A stretch of 64,000 nucleotides of DNA from Octopus sinensis. Its lineage: Eukaryota. The notes below the pieces were generated by a model. It worked only from the letters and a program-made list of their open reading frames with translations. It was not told where the DNA came from and did no database searches. The translations under genes and the position numbers were made by a program. Shown here piece after piece: positions 1 through 13,340 of this stretch. Position 1 is the first letter of the stretch; every line of letters starts with the position of its first letter. The stretch lies in the NCBI RefSeq assembly GCF_006345805.1, contig NC_042997.1:58218001-58282000 (forward strand). The letters are read 5' to 3'.

Positions 1-511
1 TGATATTGGTTGGTCAAAGAAGAGGTTTTCTTCTTGCTGCTCTGCCATAGTAACCAAGCTTGTGGAGATACTTGACAGCTGTTCTAGAACTGACATCTAC
101 TTGTTCTACTATGTCAGAGGCCTTGCAAGGAGGATTATCCTCTACACTTCTCTTAACAAAGAGAAGGGTCCTGTCAGAGAGCCCTGGTCATCCTGGGCAA
201 GGTGATGTGGACTTCTTCACCTCTCTGGTGAATTGCATAGTCACTCTATTAACTGTAAAAAGTGGGATCCCAAGGTTTTCCACAATTTTACCCTGACTAT
301 GTCCACCTTCAAACTGACCCACAATATGGCCTCTTTGAAATTCAGACAGTTTCAAGGTTTCTTTTGTACATGACATGACTAAACAGTCACATATAGAACA
401 TGAAACAAACATAAAAATGTCAATTAATAAAAAATATAAACCATTACAAGCTAGAATAAACATATAACAATGTTTTATGGGGTGTCTATTTACTTTAGGC
501 ATGTCTATGTG
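1..511 (-). mobile_element. Tc1-like transposon 5' part (degenerate transposase N-terminus), truncated by the window edge
   Basis: Minus-strand translation [36 protein letters not shown]...PG*PGLSDR...YLHKLGYYGRAARRKPLL is the Tc1 HTH region. A TIR-like end lies near 480-511 next to a (TG)/(TA) run. Confidence 0.75.
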
Positions 512-544
512 TGTGTGTATATATATATATATATATGAAAACCT

Positions 545-915
545 TTGATAAAATGTATCTATGGGTTAAAGTAGTAGAAAGGCCAGGGACCAACATAAAA
601 TCTCTGATCTGTAGAACATATACATTTATAAGGCATACTGTGGGATGGTGCAGAAACAGGACAATAACATACATTGAGGAGACAGCATATAGCATAGATG
701 AGAGGACAGGTGAACAATGGCAGGAGATCAAGGAGGAGAGAAGCTTTTCAGTGCTCAACATGCTCAATTAGAACATGGTGGCTCAGTCAATAATATAGAT
801 GTTAAGATATTATCAACACATAGAACAGACACAACACTTAGACAGGTTATGGAGGCCACACATAAAGTAGTAGACAGACTGAACCTCAACAGAAAATTTG
901 AATGGAATAATAACC
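545..915 (+). mobile_element. Penelope-like element fragment (GIY-YIG endonuclease region), frameshifted
   Basis: [18 protein letters not shown]...TYIEETAYSIDERTGEQ and EHGGSVNNIDVKILSTH...LRQVMEA...LNRKFEWNN resemble the PLE C-terminus (YIGET motif degenerate). Confidence 0.6.
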
Positions 916-1019
916 TCTCCTCTTTCCACCGAGAAAAAAAAAGACACCAATACCAATAATATAATACATAAACCCATACACACATACAGATACTTAACAG
1001 AATGAGAAAGAAAAAGTAA

Positions 1020-2869
1020 TCTATATATATATAAGTGAGGTTGTATGAGCAGGTGTGTAAACCTGCATAACTTCTAAAGTTCACAACTGACTTTCTCCAA
1101 ACTGGGAACATACATTACTTATGTTCCAGAGATGATTTTAGACCTTAAAATTTTTCACATGAGTAATGGGCTCTTTGGGAGCAGAAAATACCCATTCCTG
1201 GATTATGTGGATAAGGGAGGTAACTCTTTGTGAAGTAACTTTCAGAAATTGATTGTCTTCCTTACATCCAGCACAATTACTCTGCTGAACGTTTTTCATC
1301 TTTTTAAAATATTGATATTAGTTAATGTTTTTTATTGACAATTAATTATTAACATAACAGTATTATCTCAGTTCATTGTATGTATTTCTTAAAATTTGCT
1401 AAGATATTGATATTATTTACCTTTTTTTATTGTCATTTCATTATTAATGTACAATTGTCATCTCATTTTATTATATTGTATTTCTTGACATAATGTCTCC
1501 AAAAAGGAGATCCTCCATTGGTCGAAAAATTATCACAATCTCAAATGGCTGTGTGAAAGAGCAATACTGGCTCCAAAAAACAGCACTGTAAGTAAAATTA
1601 ATGAGCAGCTGCTGCAGTACCTTCCTAGATGCCTTCACATCTATAAGTCAGTCAATACAATCCCAGATCCAGAAAGGGTGGTAAATTATCCAACAGAATT
1701 TCTCAATTTGTTGGAGCCTCCAGGACTACCTCCCCACAAATTGGAACTTAAAGTGGGAACTCCAGTAATGTTATTGAGGAATTTGGATCCACCAACACTC
1801 TGCAATGGGAAATGCCTGGTGGTAAAGATGATGCTACATGTTATTGAGGCCACCGTTCTCTCTGGATGTGGAAAAGAAGAGGATGTTTTCATACTCAAGA
1901 TTCCTCTTATTCCACTGGGAGCAGAAATTCCTTTTTCATTCAGAAGAGTGCAATTTTCTATTTATATCAGCTTTGTAATGTCTATCAATAAATCCCATGG
2001 TCAAACACTTTTTGCGGTAGGATTTCACTTGGAAGAATCATGCTTCCTGCATGGGCAATTAAATGTTGGCTGCTCTAGAGTGGGAAGCAAAAAAAAAATC
2101 TATTTGCATTTGTTCCACAAGGGAAAACAAAGAATATTATTTACCAAGAGGTTTTGTAGGAATTACTGCATTCTACGATGTGCTCCAGTATCCACTGCTC
2201 TTTGTGAATAGTGAAGATGGATACCATTTCAGCATAATGCCAACAAACCTGAAGACTGCACCAACAAAGCAGTTTCCTGCATGGACTTCAGTATCAAAAC
2301 ATATTCTCTAATTATTCCCACCAACCACGTGGTAAGCCATTATGCCTTATTTTTTCAAGCAATCCATTACTATGTATTCTGATGTGATTGCATTGGCTTA
2401 GGTTATGTTTCTTATTCTACAGCCTCACCAGTAAACCAATGTCAACCCTTTGCTTTCTACAACATTTCAACAGTTCACTTCCCCGTTGCAGCCCCTTTCT
2501 GGAATGTACCCATTTACATACAATATCTCCATTACTTCTACATCCATTCGACAGTCAATTTTATGATGGGTCATGTTAGATGCAGTGCCAACTGCCACCG
2601 ATGAGAGTATATCAACTAACAGTTCTTCAGTGTGTCCAAAAATCACATATCCCATCTTCCCCAATTTTCCATGACAGGTTAGGGCCTGGAATCCTCCAAA
2701 CGGACGCATGACATGCTGCTTAGTTGAGTTAACCCATCATTTACTCCACAAATATTTTGATGTCAATGCTGCACTTCCCGTATCACATTTTTCAACATAA
2801 CTGTAATATATATATATATATACAAACTATGCCATTTTAATCCTGAGCAATGCTGGGTATCTCTGTTAG
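1020..2869 (+). mobile_element. Rearranged non-autonomous Helitron
   Basis: 5' end A|TCTATATATATAAG at 1020; 3' end ...cctgagcaatgctgggtatctctgTTAG|T at 2869 (degenerate CTAG). Internal PIF1 and Rep fragments. Confidence 0.65.
1570..2150 (+). pseudogene. Helitron PIF1-like helicase C-terminal fragment
   Basis: YPTEFLNLLEPPGLPPHKLELKVGTPVMLLRNLDPPTLCNG...RRVQFS...FVMSINKSHGQTL...CFLHGQLNVGCSRV are PIF1/RepHel motifs V-VI with substitutions. Confidence 0.9.
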
Positions 2870-3404
2870 TAAATGAATAAAAGACTTGGGTACAAACAGT
2901 GTAGTAAACAAACTCATATACACACATAAAGCATGCATACTAAAACCATAGACATATGCACACACATACACATACAGATACAAATGTATGCACAGATAAG
3001 AATACATACCACAGAAAGACAAAAATGAACTAAGCAGAACAGGAATAGACACATGGAAAAGGTCACTGAAGAAGTTACAGCATGTGTAAATAAAGAGCCT
3101 TGACAAAGACTCTAAAATAGTAACAATAAAGCTGAAGTGAAGAGCAGATATGTAGTGCAGGTATTTAGTTAGCAAAATATGGCCATCCCCAAGTATATGT
3201 GTGTTTGTGTGTGTGCATGTGTGTGTGTATGTATGTCAGTAAGTCATAAACCCAAAAGACAATGCACACTGTAAGTTATAGAGAAGTAGAGTAATTAGAT
3301 AAAGATAGTTATAGCTGGTCTTTGGGGTTGCTCTGGGTTTCACATCCATAAAGTGCTTAGCTTCACAGTGTTTCTTCAGACCATGTATATATATATATAT
3401 ATAT

Positions 3405-3976
3405 ATTGCCTCAGAGAGGCAATGACGAAAGACCGAGACCTCTGAAGATATGCTGTGAATGTGAAGACCCGACAAATAACGTGAGTTCATGGCTGTTTCC
3501 TGCACCAGCTTCACATAGAAGCCCCAGCCCATCCAAAGTACCTTGGATTGCAGGATGGCCTGCTGTGCTTACCTTGGATCGCAGGACAACCTGCTGTGTT
3601 TGAGGAGACCTGTTGAGACAAGTACATCAACATCAAAAAATCAAATGGAAATTGTAGTTGTGATACCTGTGCCGGTGGCATGTAAAAAGCACCATCCAAA
3701 CATGGCCAATGCCAGCGCGCCTTGACTGGCTTCCGTGCTGGTGGCATGTAAAAAGTACTAACCAGTCGTGGCCATTGCCAGCCTCCCCTGGCACTTGTGC
3801 TGGTGGCACATAAAAAGCACCCACTGCACTCACAGAATGGTTGGCTTTAGGAAGGGCATCAGAAACACTGCCAGATCAGACTGAGCTTGGTGCAGCCTCC
3901 TGGCTTCCCAGACCCCGGTCGAACCGTCCAACCCATGCTAGCATGGAAAACAGACGTTAAACGATGATGATGATGA
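3405..3976 (+). mobile_element. RTE-type LINE 3' end / RTE-tailed SINE with (GAT)n tail
   Basis: Begins LREAMTKDRDL*RYAV, like an RTE ORF2 C-terminus. It continues into the shared body ...ggaagggcatc...gcatggaaaacagacgttaaacgatgatgat and is flanked by (TA)n on both sides. Confidence 0.7.
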
Positions 3977-3990
3977 TATATATGTATGTA

Positions 3991-4037
<47 letters not shown>

Positions 4038-4153
4038 ATTATATGCATATATACATACATATATGTACATACCTACATATATATGTATATATACATGCAT
4101 ATATGGGTACAGGACATCAAAAAATGTTGAACACAATGAGAAACGAAAACATA

Positions 4154-4196
<43 letters not shown>

Positions 4197-4230
4197 CACT
4201 CACATATATAGGTATATAAACACATAGACA
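3977..4230. repeat. (TA)n/(TACA)n low-complexity microsatellite tract
   Basis: Direct reading of the sequence. It generates spurious YI/IY ORFs. Confidence 0.9.
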
Positions 4231-4582
4231 CACATTTAATTGCACTGCTATGATATTGAAATAAACATTAAAGATAAGTTGATTAATTTTGATGGTTTGT
4301 GATAACAAATTTTAGCTTAAGCTTCTCTCCTCATTAATGAGACCAATTAATTTTGACATTAGTTTATCAAGAAATTGCTATATGTGACATCCTGCAGAGT
4401 AATTTCTAACTAACAAGGAAATAATCTTTCGTCTTAGTCACTAATCTGATAAATACTTATGGAATGGAAGATACAGATTAGAGAAGGAGGATTTACCAAG
4501 ATTTAATATTTTTGGTCATTATGATCATCAATCACCTTACCATCAAGGAATGGTAAGGTGATTGACATTTGACTCAAGAATT

Positions 4583-4915
4583 AGTGTGTGTGTGTGTGTC
4601 TGTATATATATGCGTGTGTGTGTGTGTCTAGTATATATATATATACATATATATATAAATGTATATACATATATATATAAATGTATATACATTTATATAT
4701 ATATGTATATGTGCAATTAAATGTGTGTATATGTGAGTGTGTATGTATATATATATATATACATATAAATGTATATACATTTATATATGTATGTATATAT
4801 ATAAATGTATATACATTTATATATGTATATACATATCGATACATAAGCACATATATATATATATATATACACATATATATATATATATGTATATATATTA
4901 TATATATATATATAC
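4583..4915. repeat. (TG)n/(TA)n compound microsatellite with ataaatgtatatacatttata-like units
   Basis: Direct reading of the sequence. Confidence 0.9.
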
Positions 4916-4917
4916 AC

Positions 4918-5050
4918 ATGGTATTGATTCCAGAGACAATAAGGGAACTAGGCTACTGGAGTTCTGTGATGCATGTAACCTTTTAATCTGCAACACTAAC
5001 TTCAGGAAGCCAGACAGCCACCTGATAACTTATCAATCAGGTGACTCTGC
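4918..5050 (+). mobile_element. RTE LINE endonuclease fragment
   Basis: [41 protein letters not shown] is a typical APE-endonuclease C-terminal motif of RTE elements. Confidence 0.8.
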
Positions 5051-5059
5051 TAACTATCA

Positions 5060-5345
5060 CGCCATCTGATGTGGTTTTTTTAAACCAGACAATGTTTTGA
5101 AAAGACACCTACATAGAATGCACATCTGATTTGGAGCACCAAGAGCTGCAGTTAAATTCTGATCTTTGTGGATCTTAAAATGTCTTTTGATGCCTCCATT
5201 AGATTTGCAGACCTTCTGGCATACATTGTATTCAAAGGTGTGCACAGACATATAGGCAGAATAGTTGGTAGAGGTTCATTTTCTATGGGTTCACAAATGA
5301 GTTTTGAGCCCGACAAAAGAAAGGCTTGGTCAGTCACAAACTGTG
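5060..5345 (-). pseudogene. Degenerate tandem C2H2-like zinc-finger fragment (probably a LINE C-terminus)
   Basis: CDRPGLSFVGLKTHL*TH, CQKVCKSNGGIKRHFKIH and CILCRCLFKTLSGLKKPH occur in one frame with a stop. Confidence 0.45.
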
Positions 5346-5419
5346 CACACAAAAAGATCATATATACATATATATACATACACACACATCATTATCGTTT
5401 AAGTTTGCCTTTCATGCTA

Positions 5420-6788
<1,369 letters not shown>

Positions 6789-6834
6789 TGTGTGTATGTG
6801 TGTGTGTAAATGTGTGTATGTATGTATGTATATG

Positions 6835-7430
6835 CAGAGTGGGGCAAAATGACCTGACACATTTGTAGGTTTAATAAAGCGAAATAAAATAAATAATGAT
6901 AAAAGTGTTTATATTTTCCAAATGTACATATAATGCCATTTTGTTTCATTTCATTTCAGATTACCCATATGGATTGGACAGGTGAGCATTGCACCTTCAT
7001 TGTGGAAACATTTATCAAGAACAATGAATTGGTAACTGCAACGCAAAGAACATTCCATGTGCATTTTAGGCTTGGTAGACATGATCCCCTACCTTGTTTG
7101 AAACATGATTTTATTATGGGTTACGAACTTCAGAGCTAGTGGTTCAGCATTGATACGAACATCAACTGGCTGGTTGCGGACCGCCAGAACTTTGGAAAAT
7201 GTGGCAGTGGTAAGAGCTTCAATTCAACAGTCTCCACAACATTTAGCAAGGAAACACACCACTGCTCTTGGGCTTTTCAATAGAAGTTTGAGAAGAGTTG
7301 TTCACAAGGATCTGCAAATGCATCCATACAAATGCTGTTGGTACAGGAAATCAATGAAAGAGACCATGAGAATCGCAGAATATTATGTTTGGAAATTCAA
7401 CATGTCCCCCATGGCTGACATTATATACAA
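6835..7430 (+). mobile_element. rosa/DD41D-like (DUF4817-type HTH) transposon 5' fragment
   Basis: MDWTGEHCTFIVETFIKNNELVTATQRTFHVHFRLGRHDP.. / ILLWVTNFRASGSAL...RTLENVAVVRASIQQSP...LHKDLQMHPYK, frameshifted. Confidence 0.7.
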
Positions 7431-7509
7431 ACATTTTTGGGGAAAGTGTTTTAGGAAGGGGTGCAGTAGGGAATTTCCAAAAATTTACCAGAGTCCACTT
7501 CAATTCGTC

Positions 7510-7795
7510 TTAACTGTCAAAAAAATGGATATTTGTCAATGAAATTCTCTACAAATATACCTCAGACTATGTAGATTCCAAGGACATAGGAATTTTGGGG
7601 GAAAATAATTGGGGGTTATTTTTCAGAACTGTTTCCCACTCAAGGGTGTTTTGGAACAAGTCGTCCATATTTGTTTCATTTTCTCCCACCCCTCCTAAAA
7701 CAGTTACCCCCCAAAAAATTTTGTATATTCGGAATCTACATGATATAACACATATTCATAGAAAATTTTATTAAAAATATCCATTTTTCTGAAAG
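7510..7795. mobile_element. Foldback/MITE-like element
   Basis: Imperfect inverted arms aaaaatggatattt...atgtagattcc (about 7515-7610) and ggaatctacat...aaatatccattttt (about 7705-7790). Related sequence occurs at about 26550-26810. Confidence 0.5.
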
Positions 7796-7839
7796 TTATG
7801 ATCATCCAAATTGTGCAGAAATCTGTAGTTATGCCGACA

Positions 7840-8605
7840 AATTTGGCACTTTCCTTCTAGGCATGGTTGTATATGTATACAGAAATACATGAGTGCAGAA
7901 GATAGTAAACAATAAAAATAACTTGGTAACCGAAATTATGTTTCTTAATATGAAGGGCAGAAAGTAAATAAGAAATTTTAATGGAAAATAAAGTATTGTA
8001 TGGGTTGAAGTAAAATTTGTCACTCAGTGAACCAAAGAGCCAGTATTGTCAACAACAGAAAAACACAAAACTGAACAGATTGAAGTGAAATTTATGAAGA
8101 TACTTCTGTCAGTAAATTATGAAATTACTCATATCAGTAATTGAAAACGTCTTTCTGTCAGTAATTTGTCATTGTTTGTTTGCAAATAGTGATTGAAAAT
8201 TTAGACTTACAGGGAAAACAATAACATGGAAGTAAAACATGGCATATGAAAATTGAAAGTGAAAAGAATAGCATCTGAAAAATGAAAGTGAAAGCAAAAG
8301 ATATAAATAGAGAGATATGTTACAGAGAGATAGAGAGAGATGGATAGAGAGATATACATAAAGAGATATGTTATGTCACTGATGCTAGAAAACCAGAAGT
8401 AAATATTAAAAAAATTTCAAAGATGTGAATGTAATATAAAAAGCAATATTTTTTAAATTTTTAATAATTTTTAATAAAGAAATCAAATGAACAGCCTATT
8501 TTTTGTCCAAGGTCAAATTATTCATGCATCATAAGTATGAAAGCAATTGGTGAAGCCGTTTTTGCATGAAAAGTGATTACACACACATCTCTATTTTATA
8601 TATAC
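7840..8605 (-). mobile_element. Helitron 5' fragment, head-to-tail with the 8615-11520 Helitron
   Basis: The tatataaaatagagatgtgtgtgt... region is similar to the 5' end at 11400-11520 (shared ggtcaaattattcatg). It ends in MPRRKVPNLS, like a RepHel N-terminus. Confidence 0.5.
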
Positions 8606-9237
8606 ATACATATACTAGCAGAAATACCCAGTGTTGCTAGGGTTAACGAAAATAATGAAATTTAAAAATGCCTCTTAGATCTCTAACTAACATGAAACAG
8701 AGACTACACAGTTCCCACCTTCTAGTAGCTGAGATACCAACCTTATACATTAAGAACCCTGTGTTTCCCAGATTATTGAAAATATGGAAATTTAAGTATG
8801 CATTTTAAATCTCTAAGTAAAATGAAAATATGGATCATACAGTTCTCAACAGTTATTAGCTGAGGTACCAACTATATATGTTAATAACATGTTTTGTCTG
8901 ATGTTCTCACTGTTAAAATTGTTAAAAAAGCAGGTAGTTCTTTGTTTTTGCAATCACCTTCAATTGTCAGTACTTATTTGAAACACATTATTTGAAACAG
9001 TACTTATTTGAAAATGCATAAATTTGAGAACTGCCCTCTGGGCACTCCTCTCCTGCTAATAAATACATTTAACAAAAATTCCATCAGATGACATGAGTAT
9101 AAAAAATGTTTTGAAGCAAATTTGGAAATCAATCACAGTTTAATTATCTAGAGCTTCTAAATATACAATGTTTTGAGTGTGTCTTTTAATTGGTGTTTAA
9201 ATGAAAAGATTTTGGGGATTTCCAACTTGTGAAAATC

Positions 9238-10345
9238 CTATACATAATTGCCCCTGAGAGAAGCAAGGTGAAGTCCAACAACCTTGGGAGACTGTCCTTG
9301 AGATTTGTTTATTGACATAGCGAAACTTGGTTTCACTGGGAACTGGAACTGTTTAAATTCAAAGGAGAAGTCATATGGGATTAACAGGATCTGTGGAATG
9401 AAGATGTCCTCACCCTTATAGTTTCCAATCATAATTGTTGCCTCTAGGACATGGGGCCCCGGCGCTTTCACCACCAGTTTGTTGCCATTGCACAGGTGGG
9501 GGTGGATCCAAGATTCCTGAGCAGTATGATTGGGGCCCCCTTTTTAAGTGTTAAGTGGTGAGGTGGCATCCCAGATGGCTGTAGAGAGTTCAGGAACTCA
9601 ATTGGAAAAACTACAGTTGATTTTGTTGACAGCATCATTACATGGAGCTAAGATGGCTCGCTCACAGAGCCACTGACTGTTGGTAAAGTTTTGTGCAATG
9701 TTTGGGAGCACATGCATTATGAGATCATTGACAGTTGGTACCACCTCACCACAGGGTAGCCGGTGTTGCTGCATTTGGTGGACATATGGTAGTTGCCCAC
9801 TCCCTATCTTCAGAAGCTGGTGTGAATACAGCCTTGCAGTTTGATCACCAAATAATTGGGCCCTCATGTTAACTGTCAGGTGCAGTTTAGTTACTTGCAT
9901 CCACAGATAGGATTGCTTGAGACAGCCCTGTAGTTCATCTGCTTTTGTACCTTTTGGGATCACAGGAAAGGTTTGTTTGAAATCCCCAGCCAAAACTACA
10001 GTGATCCCCACCCATGTGAATGTCCTTTCCTCTCAAATCTCTTAGGTTACGGTCAACAGCCTCAAGTGCTCCACAGTGAGACATGGTGCATTCATCCCAG
10101 ACAATCAAGTGCATCTGCTGCAAGACCTTGGCCCTTGCTGATGTCCTAGAATTGTTGCAAATTGGAGTCTGTGTCCTAACTAAATTCAAGAGAAACACGA
10201 AAGTAGAATGAGCTGTTCATCCACCTGTTAAGAGAGTAGCTGATATTCCAGAAGACGCTACTGCCAATGCAAAGTACCCATCTAGATGGACTAACAAAAG
10301 GTTGATGAAAAACGTTTTGCCAGTACCCCCAGGAGCAGTACATCA
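9238..10345 (-). pseudogene. Helitron PIF1 helicase domain (frameshifted)
   Basis: APGGTGKTFFINLLL (Walker A), [65 protein letters not shown]. Confidence 0.9.
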
Positions 10346-10349
10346 TTCA

Positions 10350-11200
10350 GTCAATTGACAAAAAGGCGTCTATCTCTTTATGAATTTTTTTTCTCACACA
10401 CACACTCACATAACTATATATCATCATCATCATCGTTTAGATGATGATGATGATATATCTTATGTATACGAAGTTGACAATTGATCAATTAAATGAAAGA
10501 AAAAGTGTCTATCCCAGTATGAAATTTTTTTTCTCACACACACACACTTAAATAAATATATATCTTATATATATAAAACAAACCTGTTGAGAATTGAAAC
10601 TTTTTACGGAAATGAACCTTTACCTACGGATATACAAATGGAAAGGTACAGAAGATTCTGGTACAGAGTGATCCAGCTGTTTGGCCATCCACGAGGACAC
10701 ACAAAAATATATGTCTTATATATATAAAACAGACCTGTTGACATATGAAAAAAGGCCAGTATCTCTGTATGGAATCTACTTAGACACACACACATGCGAG
10801 CATGTGCACACGCACACACAATAATATATATCATATATATGAAACAGACCTGTTGACATTTGAAAAAAAAAAGGCGTCTGTTTCCCTATTGAATGTATTT
10901 TCACACACTCACATTAATATATATCTTAACAGATCTGTTGACATATGCAAAGGAGGCTTCTATCTCTGTGTAGAATGTATTTACACACGCATAAATATAT
11001 ATCTTGTATATAAAGCAGACCTGTTGACATTGGAAAATTTTTACAACATATGAAAAAGAGGCATCTATCTCTGTGTAGAATGTATTTACACATACACAAA
11101 TATATATCTTATATATGAAACAGACCTGTTGACATTGGAAAATTTTTACAGAAATGAACCTATACATACAGATACACAAATAGAAAGCTGGAGAAGAATA
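10350..11200. repeat. Degenerate minisatellite array inside the Helitron
   Basis: Recurring unit aacagacctgttgacat...aaaggcgtctatctctgtgtagaatgtattt(ac)n...atatatatctt with variable length (roughly 80-150 bp). Confidence 0.75.
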
Positions 11201-11579
11201 TAAAAAATGAAAGTACCTTTAGAAATTCTTTTTTTATCAGAAATCATCACAACTGTAATGATGTATACAGCTGGTTACTTAGTTACTACATCAGAACATC
11301 AGACACAGGAAGTTGACTTTGACAAAACAGTTTGAAGAAGTGAATCTTTATTATATATATAAAGCAATATTATTTATTTTTAATAAAAAAATAAATCAAG
11401 ACTGTATTATCATTTCCCAGGTCAAATTATTCATGTACCCCAAGTATGGTACAGACTGATCCATAGGTTTGGCTGTGCATAGAGGACACACACACGGACA
11501 ACATATTTTATATAGTAAGATATATATATGTATATATATATATGTATGTATGTATATATACTGAAACTATATCGCTTAC

Positions 11580-11880
11580 GACAACAAGGGTTCCAGTTGA
11601 TCCAATCAATGGAATAGCTTGTTTGTGAGATTAACTTGCAAATGGCTGATCACTCCACAGACAAGTGTACCCTTTCACATGCTTCTCAGGGAGATTCAGC
11701 ATGACACAGAGTGTGACAAGGTTGGTCCTTGAAATACAGGTATTACTCATTTTTGCTAGCCAAGTGAGTTGGAGCACTGTGAAATAAAGTGTCTTGCTCA
11801 AGGACATAATGTGCCACTGGGAACTGAGCTTATGAACCTACAATCACAAGCTGAATACCCTAACCACTAAGCCACGTGCC
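11580..11880 (-). mobile_element. tRNA-derived SINE
   Basis: Minus-strand head ggcacgtggcttagtggttagggtattcagc (A-box-like) followed by tccttgagcaagacacttta (CORE-like). Confidence 0.65.
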
Positions 11881-12119
11881 TGTATGTATATGTTCCATTT
11901 AAATTCTGAACATTCATTCTATGTCAAATGGATTTGCATTTTAACTAAGAAAGAAAGCTCTATTGATGAAATTTAAATAGCAACTAATCTGCAGAGACAC
12001 ATGCTGAATTTGAGAAGTCCAGACAAATTTTTTTACTTCACTGTTGCTCTTACAGACTGAATTTACTTGATATGTTACATGTATATGAAAGATATATAAA
12101 TATGCATTTATATGTCCTT

Positions 12120-12511
12120 TTACTCTTTTACTTGTTTCAGTCATTTGACTGCGGCCATGCTGGAGCACCACCTTTAGTCGAGTAGATTGACCCCAGGACT
12201 TATTCTTTGTAAGCCTAGTACTTATTCTATCGGTCTCTTTTGCCAAACCGATAAGTTACAGGAATGTAAACACACCAGTATTGGTTGTCAAGCGATGTTG
12301 AGGGGGACAAACACAGACACACAAACATACACACATACATATATATATACATATATATGACGGGCTTCTTTCAGTTTCCGTTTACCAAATCCACTCACAA
12401 GGCTTTGGTTGGTCAGTGGCTATAGTAGAAGACACTTGCCCAAGATGCCATGCAGTGGGACTGAACCCAGAACCATGTGGTTCGTAAGCAAGCTACTTAC
12501 CACACAGCCAT
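12120..12511 (-). mobile_element. tRNA-derived SINE (family A)
   Basis: Reverse complement of the 14934-15343 element. Confidence 0.85.
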
Positions 12512-12719
12512 ACAAACTGAAGTAAAGAACATGAAAAAGAATATAATGAGGGAATATCTAGGTGGATTCTAAACAACATTCTCTGGTTGACACCTTGATG
12601 AACTAAGTGCTATATCATATACACTTGCCCAATATCTTTGTCAGAACAAGTCACATAATTAACCAGGGAGATTGCATTTTTAATTCTTGTATACTTTTAT
12701 CTCCATTTCAAATCTTTTA

Positions 12720-13075
12720 TCGTTTACTTGTTTCAGTCATTAGACTGTAGCCATGCTGGGGCACTGCCTTTTAGTCAAATGAAATGACCCCAGTACATTT
12801 TTTATTTTTTAAAGCCTGGTACTTATTCTATCAATCTCTTTTACAGATTTGCTAAGTTATGGGGATGTAAACACACCAACACTGGTTTTCAAATGGTAGT
12901 GGGGGACAAACACAGACACACATTCACATATGATGGAATTCCTTCAGTTTCCATCAACCAAATCCACCCACAAGGCTTTGGTTGGCCCAAGGCTATAGTA
13001 GAAGACAGTTACCCAAAGTGTCATGCAGTGAGACTGAACCTAGAACCCTGTAGTTGGGAAGCAAGCTTCTTTATT
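12720..13075 (-). mobile_element. tRNA-derived SINE (family A), older copy
   Basis: Diverged copy of 12120-12511. Confidence 0.75.
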
Positions 13076-13340
13076 TCATTACATTTGCCATAAAGGCATA
13101 ATGCAGATGAAGCTTTGCAGGCTGGACACAGACACAATGATGATGATGGAATGAAAAAAGAGATGGTTGGTGGGGGAAGCAGCCAATGCCTGCCGATTGT
13201 TATTTCCCGATAATTACAAATTGAAGCGGTGAGCCTCTTATCAATCAAAAACGTTCAGAAAATATTCAACTTGAGGTGCTAAGCCTCTTACCAATCTCCC
13301 CGATTAAGTCTCTTGCCACCTGCAGTTGCAAGCCAGGGTC

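Larger units (their letters stand above)
8615..11520 (-). mobile_element. Internally deleted Helitron with both termini
   Basis: 5' end A|TCTTACTATATAAAA at 11520; 3' end ccctagcaacactgggtatttctgCTAG|T at 8615, i.e. an AT target. It contains a PIF1 remnant and a minisatellite. Confidence 0.8.
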
